Shown here piece by piece: positions 12,795 through 25,280 of a DNA stretch of 59,863 nucleotides. The stretch covers positions 8,556,001 to 8,615,863 of the forward strand of contig JANJGN010000038.1 of assembly GCA_026770705.1 (NCBI GenBank), in the 5' to 3' direction. The DNA comes from Isurus oxyrinchus. Its lineage: Eukaryota. The number at the start of each line of letters is the position of its first letter. Positions within the stretch are counted from its first letter, which is position 1. Both the position numbers and the translations under genes were made by a program. The notes under the pieces were generated by a model. It made no database searches, had not been told where the DNA came from, and saw only the letters and a list, made by a program, of their open reading frames with translations.

Positions 12795-15330
12795 AATAAG
12801 AGCACATCCACAATTAAAGAAGTACGATTTGATCGCCATTGCAGACATGGCTGCAGGAGGACATGGTTTGGGACTTGAATATCAAAGGGCATTTTGGAAG
12901 GACATGAAGAGAAGAAATGGCGGAGGGGTGGATCTGCTAGTTAATATGGCTTAGCAGAATAGAGAGGGATGACTCAAACTCATGAAACCAGGATGTGCAA
13001 TCACTTTGGATAGAGGTGAAAAATGGGAAAGTAAAGACAGTGCTTGTAGGAGTCGTGTGCAGGCCTCCTAATAGTAACCACATGGTAACATGAAGGAAGA
13101 AATAATGGGAGCGTGTCGGAAAGGCACGACCGTAATCATGGGAGCTTTCAAACTACGTATGGACTGGAAAAGTCAGATGGGTAAAGGTAGCCCAGATGTG
13201 GAGCTGATCGAATGTTTCCGGGATTGTTTCTTAGTTTTAGAGCCAACTAGAAAGCAGGCTATACCAGACCTGGCATTGTGCAATGAGATGGATTTAATTA
13301 ATGAACTCATGGTGAAGGCAGCCCTCGGTAGTACTGACTATCGTATGATTGAATTTTACATTCTGTTTGAGAGAGAGAGGAGTGGGTCCGAGACTGTACT
13401 TTTAAGACTAAATGAGGGAAATTATGAGGGCATAAAAGCAGAACTGACTAAAGTGAATTGGCAAATTAAGTTAAGGGATAGCTTCATTGCGAAGTAATGG
13501 TTTTAATTTTAGGGGATATATCAAGATACACAGGATATATACAATCCAGCGAGTACAAATAAGGTCCAGGGGACAACACACCATCCGTGGTTACCTAGAA
13601 AGGTGAACGAGAGTACAAAAGGTAAAGAAAACAAATATATGATTGTGCAATGATAGGTGGAATGCCAGTAGATTGGGCAGAAGAGAAGGATCAGCTTTAG
13701 ATGACTATAAGTTTAATAAGGAGGGGAATAAAATAGAATACGACCAAAAGTTAGCCACAAATATAAAAACAGATAGTAAGAGCTTCCATGAATATATTTT
13801 TGTAAAGAGACGAGTTATTGAAGTGAGCGTTCGCACCAGAGAAAGTGAGTCTGAAGAATTGTTAATGGAAACCACGGAAATGGCAGATGAATCGAACAGG
13901 TACTTTGCATCAGTAGTTACTACAGAGGAAACAATTAACATTCCAGAGGCAGCTGTAAATCAGGAAATGGAAGGCAGGGAGGAACTCAGGAAAATTACAA
14001 TCACCAGAGAAGTGGTACTGAGTAAATAGTTGGAGCTGCAGGCTGACAACTGCCTGGGTCCTGATGGACTTCATCCTGGGGTCTGAAAAGAAGTGGCTCG
14101 TGAGATAGTTGAGGAATTGCTTTAATGTTTTTCCAAGCTCACTAGATTCAGCGGATGTTCCTTTAGTTTGGGATAGAAAACAGAAGGAGACAGGAAGCGG
14201 GAAACTGCAGGCCAGTTAGCTTGACATCTGTTATGGGGAAAAAGTTAGAAGCTACTATAAAAAAAGCTGTAGCAGATAACTTTGACACGTTCAATGTAAT
14301 CAGGGAGAACCAGCATGATTTTGAGGAAGTAACATGGGCTGTGGATAAATGGTAACCGATGGATATACTGCAGTAAGGTTGGCAGAAGGCATTTGCTTAT
14401 GTGCCACATCAAAGGTTATTACGGAAGACAAAAGCCCATGATATATAGGGAATCTTATTAGTATGGATAGAAGATTGGCTGGCTAACAGGAATAAATGGA
14501 ATTTTCAGGTTGGCAAGGTGTAACGAGTAGTGTGCCAAAGGACTCAGTGCTAAGACCTCAACTCTTTACAATTTATATAAATGAGTTGCATGAAAGGATG
14601 GAAGGGATGGTTGTCAAATTTGCTGATGACACAAAGATAGGTAGGAAAGTAAGTTGTGAAGAGGATATAAGGAGGCTACAAAAAGACATAGATAAAGAGA
14701 GTGGGCAAAGGTCTGGCTAACGGAGTATAATATTGGAAATTTGAAATTGTCTATTTTGGCAGGAAGAATAAAAGAGAAGCATATTATCTAAATGGTGAGA
14801 GATTGCAGAGCTCTGAGATTCAGTGATCTGGATGTCTTAGTGTGTGAATCATTAAAGGCTAGTATGCAGGTACAGCAAATAATTAGTAAATAGAAAGTTA
14901 TCATTGATTGCAAAGGGAATTTAATTTAAAAATAGGGATGTTATGCTCCGGTTATACAAAGCACTAGTGAGACCACATCTGGAGTACTGTGTGCAATTTT
15001 GGTCACCTTGTTTAAGGAAGGATGTAAATGCGTTAGAATCAGTTCAGAGAAGGTTTCCCAGATTCATAACTGGAATGGGTGGATTGTTTTATGAGGAACA
15101 ATTAGACAGGCTAGGCTGGAGTTTAGGAGAGTAGCAGGCGACTTGGTTGAAACATGTAAGATCCTGGAGGTCCTTGACAGGGTGGATGTACAGAGGATGT
15201 TTCCTGTTATTGGATAACCTGAAACTAGTGGTCACTGTTTAAAAATAAGGGGCTACTCATTTCAACTCATAGATGGGACGATTTTCCTTTATCTCTGTGG
15301 GTCTTGAGTATTGGGAACTCTCTTCCTGAA
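12795..15330 (+). mobile_element. CR1 LINE ORF2 (endonuclease + RT), decayed
   Basis: ORF pieces YDLIAI, IMGAF...DLALCN, GPDG, VPKDSVLRPQLFTIYINEL...KFADDTK and LYKALVRPHLEYCVQFWSP, with many stops and frameshifts. Confidence 0.92.
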
Positions 15331-15587
15331 AATATTGCTTAATAAATTTTACTTGATCCATAAATACCACTTATTGAGAACTTGTTTGGTGAGGCGCAAT
15401 TAAATACTCCATTATTATTTAATCAAGAATTCGGAACGTAGATATTTTAACTAAAATGCTTTTATCTCTCAAAATCTCCTAAGCTTTACAGGCCTCCTTC
15501 TGTGCTGCAAGCATTCCGTGATTCAATGATTTATATTTTTATCAATGACCTCACAAGCATTAACTGAAATTGGCATTTAAACGGCAT

Positions 15588-15622
15588 TGATAATAGCAAC
15601 GTGTGTCCAGCAGATGGCAGTG
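15588..15622 (+). promoter_or_regulatory. candidate CTCF site (core + upstream motif)
   Basis: TGATAATAGC-aacgtg-TGTCCAGCAGATGGCAGTG; the core fits CCASYAGRKGGCRS. Confidence 0.65.
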
Positions 15623-15659
15623 AAGCCGAGGTACTTTACATTAAACAGGCATTCTCTCA

Positions 15660-17105
15660 ATTGTTACCGAAACGGACGCTATCTCTGTTCACATTAAACT
15701 AGACTCCGTCTCTGATCATATCACAGGGTCATATTTCTGATGATTTTACAGCAGGTCATGTCTATTTGTTTCCTTACTCAGCCCAATCTCTGTTGTTGAT
15801 ATACCTGATCCGGGCCCTCTTTGTATTATATCAAACCTTCTCTCAGTTATGACTGCACTGAATCATCTCTCGGCTAACATGACATTAGGTCATGTCTCAA
15901 TTGTTACTGAACTAGACCCTGTCTCTTTTAATACTGAACCCGAACATGCTCATGGTTGCATCACACGAGGCTGTGTCTCAGTTTTTACTCTGCCACGTTT
16001 ATACTGAACTTGACAATTTCACAGTTAATGCTGCGCATATAAATTTCTGTTTATATCATACAATGTCCCTTCTCTGTTACTATTGTACTATACCATGTCT
16101 CTCTCATTGCTGCACTTGTCCAGGTTTCTATTGGTATTAATCTACGTACTTGGCTGGGAGTGATTGCACTAGGTCTTATTTTAATTGATATTGCACAAGG
16201 TCCTTTATCAAGTTAAACTGCACTAGACCCTGTGTCAGTTTCCTTACACTAGATTCTGTCTCCTTTATTACTTCGTCAGTCCATGTCTCTGCTCAAATTA
16301 CACACGCTACTGCCTCATCTATTCCTGCACCCAGCACTGCCTCACTTTATAATCCACGAGATCGCATTTCTATTTACGTTACACTAGACCATCTCTCTGT
16401 TCATGTCAGTCTAGGTCATGTCTCTGCTGACATTCCGCTGGACGTTTCCTTGCATGTGTTAATATAGAACTAGACCCTGTATATTTGTATGCAGTGCAGA
16501 CCATGCCTGTGATTATTTTACACAAGGCCACGTCTATTACTAATACGCTGGACCTTGTCTCAGTAATTATTAAACTTGACCCAGTTTTCTTTTCAATTAT
16601 TGGAGATGTTGTATCAATATTCGGTGCACTCTGCCCTGTCTCAGTATTACTGCACCTGACCCTGTCTCGGTTTATATCCAAATGGATCCTTTCATAATAT
16701 TACACCAGTTCCTGCCTCAGTTATATCAGTGCTTGGCCCCATCTCAGTTGTTCTGGAACTATACCATGTCTCTTTTTGTATTACATACGGCAAAGTCCCA
16801 GTTCTTACTGCGCTGGACTAATGGTCCCTATACACAGCACTAAGCTTTATTTTAGTTGTTGCTGCACTACTCCATGTCTCTGCTTATATTACGTTAGCCC
16901 TATCTCTGATGTCTCATAAGTTACAGAAGATGCAGTCGCAGTTATTATTGCACTAGACTCTGCCTTTTTAATGCTAAACTGGACCCCTTTTCATTTTATA
17001 TTGCACTAGTCCTGATCTCTATTATTACTTCAGAAAACAATTTCTTAGCTTAAATTAAGCTAATCCAGCCTGAGTTATTACTGCGCTAGGCTGTGTCTAT
17101 GTGAA
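15660..17105 (-). repeat. degenerate 27-bp satellite (reverse orientation)
   Basis: Repeated variants of tgtctcagttattactgcactagaccc. Confidence 0.75.
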
Positions 17106-18099
17106 CTAGAGAGATAATATAAATAAAGGTAATGAGCTAGAAAATGGTCCCTGGCCTTGGCTAAAGATGGGCGGCCAATTCAGCGCCTGATATTCAGTTT
17201 CATTATAGTTGACAGTATCACTGATCATATGCCACCTGTTCTGTTTGTTTTCATGAAGAGAATCATTCTTCACACTTGCACTGTAATTCCTCGAATATAA
17301 ATTATTTACTTTCACCATTGTTTGGCATTTCATGTTCTCTTCTTCAAATTGTGGCTGCCGATCTTTTAATGCAGAAAAAAAATATTGGTCCCATTTTCTA
17401 CTCTGTGCCATTGTATAGAAAGTCATGGCATACATCGTTACTAAGATGAAGGTGCCAATTACCAATCTGTCGCTCGACCCTCTATCTGATGCAGCGCATA
17501 AGTTACTGTCTTCTGTTTGCCTGTCTGTCCGTTTCTCTCTCTCTCTCCCTCTCACACACGCACACACACACCTCACGGTCTTTCTGCAACTTCAGTGAAT
17601 GTGTTAACACCCCAAAAAGAACAATTCATGCATTTCAACTGAAGATCGTTTAATATTGTAATTATTTATTAATAACCATTCTGCTGTGTGCTCTTGTTTA
17701 TAAAGTGATTTCAGACTGTTTATGTCATTTCCCAGCTGGAGTTATCTGCCTCAGGTGATCAGATGGAATGTGGATTACATCACCTCGAGAATAAAGACAG
17801 CTTATTGGCAAATGATCACATCAGCATCTCACAGAAGTTCCTGTCTATACAGTGAGTCTGTGATCATTTGTGGAAGCAAAATGGACAAATTGAAACTGTA
17901 CCTGTTGTGAGGTTAATATAACTGTAATTCTATGGTTTATTACTCCTAGGGATGGAAAGGGTTGAAACATTCCTTGATCTCCAGGGAATTTTCAATCTTT
18001 TGTTTCTGCAACCTTTGAGTGTAACTTCCACTCTTTCCACTACAACTGCACTAATCCTTTTTGCACTGAATATTCTGCTTCGATGCTGTACGTTCTATG

Positions 18100-18740
18100 T
18101 AATGACTCAGGCTCTTTGTAGCATAAACAGATGCAGGGTCGATGTATTACAAACAGATATATGGGCTGGTGCAGTATTAACAAAGCTAGGGCCTGTTGTA
18201 ATGGAAACAGAGATAATCTAGTGCGGTGATAACAGAGACAGGACCCGGTGTAATATAAGCAAAGATATGTACTACTGCATTAATAGCAGAGATAGGTCCT
18301 AGTGTAAAGATAGAAGAAATAAGTCTTTGTTTAATCACAATGGATACAATACTTTGCACAATGATATCCAGTTTATCGCTAAGTGATTACTGTCAAATTT
18401 ATCAATGTTAGGAACATGTTACTGTTGAAAATAGACGGGAACAATGTTCCCATAGTAAGAGCAGAGTATTAAATTGGATGGATAAGCAGGTTATTTTCTG
18501 GCTGGATCAGTGGCGGGAGTGAAGTGTAATAATTACTGAAATACGAGGCAATGCAATAAGATGGACTCAGAGTCCAGTGTGATTACAGCAAAGGCATTGT
18601 TTAATTTTAGTGTAACGAGGACAGTGTTCGATCCAATACTAACAGCTGCAGGTTGCAGTGTATTACTGAACACATCACTGAATCCAGTGTGCTGAGAGCA
18701 CAGTCGGCGTCTAGTGCATCAAAACCGAAGTTAAGGTGTC
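18100..18740 (+). repeat. degenerate 27-bp satellite (forward orientation)
   Basis: Variants of ctagtgcggtgataacagagacagg. Confidence 0.6.
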
Positions 18741-18894
18741 ATACATTAGTGCATGTGATTCCGAAAACGTTGCAAATAAGTTGCCGAATAACAGAATCAA
18801 GGACCATTGAACTCTGAATGGAATAAGGTTTGCGATGGGAACTGTGAACAGATCATGTCCGTGTTGAATATTTGGCAACAATCTCAGTCGTGGC

Positions 18895-19090
18895 TCAGAA
18901 TATTTGGGTTCCAGTCTCTCTCCAGTTAAAATCCTAGAACTCTCTCCCTAACAACACTGCAGGTGTACCTACACCATGTGGACTGCAGTGGTTCAAGAAG
19001 GCAGTTCACCACCACCTTCTCAAGGGAAATATGGGATGGGCAATAAATGTTGGCCCAGCCAGCGAAGCTCGCATGCCGTGAATGAATGAG
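18895..19090 (+). mobile_element. CR1-clade LINE/SINE 3' tail
   Basis: ggttcaagaaggcagttcaccaccaccttctcaaggg...gcaataaatgttggccc ending in (gaat)n. Confidence 0.75.
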
Positions 19091-20229
19091 AAAAAGAGAC
19101 TGGACCCCATAAACTGGGTGGGTTCTGCAGGTGTCAGTATAAATTCAAGTTTAATTGATTTTACGTCCTTCTGCCCAATATGTTCTTATAGTCAGAATCG
19201 ATGAGAGAATATAGCAGACAGAACAATCCTGTACAGTGTCCCTATCCAGCCAGACAGGGGTTCCTGCGACACAATCGCACGTTTGACTAGCGCGTTCACT
19301 GAAAAACAATTCTTCCAGTTAAATTAATGAAACAAGTGGCGATGACATGGCCCGGGCAGACTGGAGTCTGGTATAATAATGATCACAGAGGCAGCCTGTA
19401 ACGTATGAATGACAGAGGCCATTTTTACCGCTTGTACTCTTGCATTGAGCGAGGTAGATGAGCAAAGAAATCCGAATGTTATTGTACAGCAAACTGGAAG
19501 GAAGCAGTTGTGTTTTGGGGAGAGTGCAGGCTCCTATGCAATGATGAGCGGGGGAGGGAATTGTGTCATAAGAAAGTCATGGAGATATCATGACAAAGGC
19601 CCGTGTGACTGACTCCACCTGACTAAGAATGTTTATACCCAAGGGGGAGGCAATAAGGACATGGAGACTGCAGAGGTTCTGATATCTGAGCTGACACTGA
19701 CGCACCTGACAGAGGAACAGAAACGGATCTGTTCCTTCAGAGCTTTTCCTGCAGTTTTGGAGTTGCACAGAGGCACACGGGCCGAATCTGACAGCTCAAA
19801 CAAACCGACATTTTCAATCTTCTGATTGATTTTCATTGTGACTGAAAAGGTCAAATAGCAAAATTTCCCCAGTGCAAAATTCAGTGCCACAGAGATTCAG
19901 GTGGTGGGGATTTTCTGATCAGAGTTCGATCCAGGGGCATTCACTTGGAGTTTATAAATAGCGTCTTGAAAGATAGCTGACAATTATCAGCATTACACGT
20001 ACAGACACTTTCAGACGGCAGGATTAGCTCACCAGGTAAACTGTGTAATTATCACGTTTTATTTGGGCCCAATAAAGGACAGAGGAGGTGCCGAAATGAT
20101 ACTGTAACAAGAAGATACATAAATACAGAAAAATAAACAGTAAGAAGAGCAGAGAATCATTGAAAAAGTCCTTAAACCTATTGTGCCTGTGTCGGCTCTT
20201 TTAAAGGTCTGTCCAATATTCCCCATAAT

Positions 20230-21365
20230 GGTCAGGAAAGCGGGATCTCAGGATATGCAGGGGAAGGTGGCAGGTTGGATCCAAATTTGTCTCATGACAG
20301 GAAACAAAGTGCAATGGTCAATGGGTGTTTCTGCGAAAGGGAAACGGTTCCCAGTGCTTTTCCACAACGCTCAGTGCTGGGCTCTTGCTGTTTGTTGTGT
20401 TTATTAATAACTTAAACTTAAATGTGAGAGGCATGATTGGGAAATTTGCAGATGACGCAAAAATTGGTCGTGTAGTGGAGAGACTAGCTGTGGACTCCAA
20501 AATGACATGACTGGTTTGGTTGAGAAGGCGAAGTGGCAAATGGGATTGAATTTGGAAAAGTGTGAGCTAATGCATTTGAGAGGGCGGAGGAGACAAAGCA
20601 AAGGAATTCTCAATAAACAGAAAGATATTGGGAGGTTGAGGAAGTGCGAGACCTTGGGGTGGATGTTCACAGCTCCCCGAAAGTTGGCGGGACACGTGGA
20701 CAAGGCGGTCAAGAAAACATATGCAATGTTTTTCTTTATTGGGCGAGGTATTGAACAGAAAAGCAAGGATGTAATAATGGAACTGTGTAAAACACTGGTT
20801 CAACTATAGCTGGAGCTTTGCGTACAATCCTGGTCACCACGTTACAAGAAAGCATAATCGCTCGCAGAGAGCTTAGAGGAGATTTACAAGAGTGTTGCCA
20901 GGGCTTGAAAATAGCAGCTATGAGGAGAGATTAGATATGCTAGGGCTGTTTTCCTTAGAACAGAGAAGGCTAAGGGGTGACATGATTCAGGTGTACAAAA
21001 TGACGAGGGGCCTAGATAGGGCAGACAGGGAAGAGTTGTCTCTCGTCACTGAGCCGTCAATTATCAGGGGGAAGAGACTTAAGGTGATTGGTAGACAGAT
21101 TAGAGGGGACATGAGGAAAAACCTTTTCACCAAGATGGTGGTGGACATCTGGAATTCACTGCATAAGTTGGTGGTTGAAGTAGAAACGGTCAGCCCATTT
21201 AAAAGGCACCTGGATCTGCACCTGAACTGCTGTAACCTGCAAGGCAATGGACCAGGTGCTGGGAAGTGGGGTTAAAATGAGCGGCGAGTTTCTTTTATTT
21301 TTGGCCAGTGCAATCACAATGGGCTGAATGGCCTCTTTCTGCACCATAACTTTTCTAGGGTTCTA
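20230..21365 (+). mobile_element. 5'-truncated CR1 LINE (RT C-terminal half + 3' end)
   Basis: ORFs GKFADDAKIG, KWQMGLNLEKCELMHL and MLPGLENSSYEERL...RRLRGDMIQVYK. Confidence 0.9.
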
Positions 21366-22499
21366 TGTTTCTATTATCTGACAGTTTTTAAGCTCGAAAG
21401 TATGTATCCTCTTTCCAAAGTTGAATTCGCTTCTGCTATTATTTCAGGTTGTTCTTTCCAGCTCATGACAACTCACCGTGTTAAAAAATTCAGTTCTAAT
21501 CTCACCATCCAGTTGAATTAATCTGAATCTGTCATCTCTGATCACTAATTGTTGTGCCAGTTGAAACGGGCTCTCTTTATTTACTCCATCAAACCTTTAG
21601 TGATTTTGAACATGTGTATGAAAGAGATGTAGAGATGGAGAGAGATGCCAGAACTGACACAGAGCATAAAACTGAGCGAGGTTAAAGAGAAATAAGGAAG
21701 AGGCGGCGTGAGAGGTAAATTGAGAAATAAAGCCAACAAGGAACACAGAGCAAATGTCACAAAATATAAGGGAGCAAGCGGTCATTTCCTGGCTTTAGAG
21801 AACAGGGGAAGTTCAGTGAATGATCCACAGGCACATCCAGTTATGTTCTGGAATGGCAACTCGAAATAGAAATAGATCACAGCAGCCCCATTTGTAAATC
21901 TCACCGCAATGTGATCTGTGTGACGCTGCACTGACTCTGTGGCCAGATATAGGCCGCCTTCACAGATGTTTCCACCAGATTGTGGCCCCTAGATTTATTT
22001 ACTGCTCAGAAGTGAGATGTGTGGTTAGGAACCAGCAGCAGAGAAACAGGAAGTGGTGTTACCTGAGAATGAAACAGCAGCCGTCAGTTTGATGTTATCA
22101 CCATGAGCAATCTTCCTGCCTGTGAGGGTGAACTCACTCTGACAGCATCAAGAAGCCCAGCATAGATTGTTCCTAGTTTTTACATTGCATTCACCTCCAT
22201 TCCCATATAAAAAACAAAACATATGAGTTTCTATTTGTTGTAGCATGTTTATTGAAGGTGGAGGTGGATTAAGGATTATCACTGGGAGAAAAAAAATAAA
22301 AAAAATTTAAAAATCCTTCACGGATGACTCTTTGGGTAAAGAATGTTTTAAATGAATCATGTGTTGTCTGGTAAAGGGACAAGAGAGTTAAATGGCCTCT
22401 GTGTAAGAGCGGGGTTAAATAATTTATGTTGTGTCTGAGACAGTTTAAGTGATTAAGTTGCTGTTTTGGAAAGAAAAGAGGACAAGATGCTGAGCTGTT

Positions 22500-22663
22500 G
22501 AGAGAGAGAGAGAGACAGAGAGAGAGAGATAAGAGATTAAATGTGTTTCATGAAGCTTATCCGTCCGTCCGTCCGTCCGTCCATCCACCCATCCATCTAT
22601 CTATCTATCCATCTATCCATCTATCTATCCATCTATCTATCTATCCATCTCTCTATCTGTCTA
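22500..22663. repeat. (GA)n and (TCCG/TCCA/TCTA)n microsatellites
   Basis: Directly visible. Confidence 0.9.
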
Positions 22664-22959
22664 TGAGATGGTGTTTCGTGTAGTCTTAAATGAGCTGTGG
22701 CCTAGTGTGTTGTAAACATAAACAGTGTTTGGATCAGTCTAACTGAGGAACATCCTTGTGTAATTTAAAAGCACTCCGGCTTGAAGGTGATAACTCAGAC
22801 TAGCCTAATTTAATAGAAATAGAGATATGGACTATTTTAATATTAGATGAAATAGGTTTGGCTGTAACAGTAACAGTGACATTGTCTAAAGCAGACAAAC
22901 TGAGGCTGAATCCACTGCAGCCATTACATATAAAGTAACTGGAGGAAAATACTTTCATA

Positions 22960-23530
22960 CAGCGCCAAGGGGCAGTGATTGATGATACAGGGTTTGATGA
23001 ATATAAACGGAGACACGGTCAAGCGCACTGGCTGATGATGCAGGGTTTGATCAGTAACAACTGAGGCAGGGACTAGTGCAGTGATTGATGATACAGGGCC
23101 TAGATTAATATCAATTGAAACAGGGCCTAGTGAAGGAATTACTTATTAAGCTCCTTGATGAATATAAACTGAGAAGAGGTCTAGTAGCAGTGATTAGTGT
23201 AACAGGGTCTAGAGTTAAATGAATTGAGGCATGGTAAAGTGCAGTGATTACTGATACAAGACCGAGATTGATATAAACTGGGACAGTGCCTAGTGCAGCG
23301 ATGACTGTTACTGTGCAGAGATTAATGTAAACTGAGACAATGCCTAGTGAAGGAATTACTGATTAAGAGCCTTGGTGAATATAAAGTGGGGCAGGGGCAA
23401 GTGCAGTGATTACTGATGTAAGGCCTAGATTTATATAAAGTGAGGGAGGGTCAAGTTCTGTGATTACTGATACTGGACCTGGGTTAAAATGAACAGAACA
23501 GAATCTAGTACAGCCATTACCGATACATCA
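22960..23530 (+). repeat. 27/54-bp satellite, proximal block
   Basis: Variants of ctagtgcagtgattactgatacagggcctagattaatataaactgagaca. Confidence 0.8.
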
Positions 23531-24830
23531 CCTGACATAGGTGTACAACCTCATACCCTCACATGGGAAGGGGACTGCATGCTGAGGGAGCTCAGGAATG
23601 CTCTGATTATGAGTCTACTCAAGAAGGGAGACAAGTCTGATTGCAGTAACCTGAAAGAATCCCCTTTGCTGTCATCCAGAGGAAAGATTATTGCAAGCAT
23701 CCTCCTTAGTCACAAACTTACCATGACCACAGAGCGCTTTACAGAGGCGCAGTGACATTTTCTCCCATCGAGAGGCACCATGGTGTTCACTGTGTGACAA
23801 ATCAATGAGAAATGCCACAAGCAGCAGCAACAGCTGCACACGGCCTTGCTCCACATCACAAATGCCTTTTCCTCTGCTGACGATTAAGACACATGGAGTA
23901 TCCCCTCAAATTTGGTGCCGTCAGAAATTTTTCACCATCCTCCATCTGTTCCACAAGGGATTGCAAGCCCTGATCCTCACCAGCGGAACCAGCACGGACC
24001 CCACCTCTGTGAAAACTGGGTCAGACAGGCTTGTGTAACCGCACCAACCCTCTCCTCATTGGTTTCTCTATGTAATAGTTCACCTCACCTCCAGAAGATT
24101 ACCCACAGGTTGGAGATAATCTAGCGAACAGACAGGAAACTGTTGATCCTACACCACATTCAATCCAAAACCAAAATCTCCCAGCATCATTCATTGAGCT
24201 TCAGTAACCTTCTGGTTCTTGTGTGCACCCTTACTGAAAACTGAGCTCCAGTTTATTGCTGACAACTTCTTTGAAGGATATGAAAATATTGGCTTTCCAT
24301 TAAACACCCAGAAAGATAAGACTCACTTCCAAACAGCCCCCAGACCACAAAACCTCCCCCATTGGCAAGATCCTGAAAATGTGGATCTTCTCCAATTCCT
24401 TCGGAGACTCCTCTCTAGGAAGGCAGAAATAGGCAACAAAACTCATCATCGAGTCTAATGCAGAAGGCCAGCCTTTGGCCGACAGACGATCATGGTATTT
24501 GAGGATTAGAATTCCAAACCCAAGTCTCTGGCCATGGTATACTGGGCAGCAGTGATCTCCAAGCACCTAAATGCTTCTGAGCCTTGGACAACGTCGAGTA
24601 AGCACCTCTAAGTTCTGAAGAATTAATACCAGCAGTGCCATTAGAAGGTTCTACAAACCCAATGTAGGAAAGGCAGTCAGACAGCAGTGTCCTCTCTCAA
24701 ACCAACATGCCCAACAGAGAGACCCTCATCACTCAATAGCGACTCTGCTGAGTGGAACATATGGTTCATATGCTGAACACAAAACTCCCAAAGTCATTAA
24801 TCCACTTGGAACTCTGTCTCGGCAGGAGGC
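23530..24830 (+). mobile_element. decayed RTE-clade LINE inserted in the satellite
   Basis: ORF pieces ELRNALIMSLLKKGDKSDCSN...LLSSRGKIIASILL and VKTG resemble an RTE-type RT. Confidence 0.75.
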
Positions 24831-24839
24831 AAATAGAGT

Positions 24840-25280
24840 GCTTGAGGGATGTGCTCAAAGCATCCCAGAAATGTTCGAACATATCTGCCAGTTCATGGGG
24901 GTCCCTAGTTTGTGGCTGACCAAAATCAAAGAAGCTTATTCGGGAAGGCTGATGTCCACTAATATCCTTCAGGGGAGTCACGCCAGGGTCACTCAGCTCC
25001 TGATCCCATTACAGCCTTGGTCTAAACATGGACAAATGAGCTAAAATCTAAAGTTGAGGTGAAAGTAACAGCCTTTGATATGAAGGCAGCATCTGTCAGA
25101 GTGTGGCATCAAGGAGCAAAACTGGAGTCAATGGGAATCAGGGGGGAAACTCTCTGTTGGTCAGTGTCATCTGTAACACAGACGAAGCTGGTTGTGGTTG
25201 TTGGAGAATTAATCATCTCAGTTCCAGAACATCACTGCAGTTGTTAATTAGGTTAATGCCCTAGGTCCAACCATCTTTAG
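24840..25280 (+). mobile_element. CR1-clade LINE RT fragment
   Basis: KVTAFDMKAASVRVWHQGAKLESMGIRG, the same family as 4.8 kb. Confidence 0.7.

Noticed and set aside
17106-17576. 156-aa minus-strand ORF with a hydrophobic stretch
   Set aside because: Starts in a microsatellite, has no recognisable domain and does not resemble an Ig transmembrane exon.
19633-19710. 'SMSLLPPP' resembling the start of an Ig constant domain
   Set aside because: Stops three codons later, has the wrong splice phase and lacks the Cys/Trp pattern.
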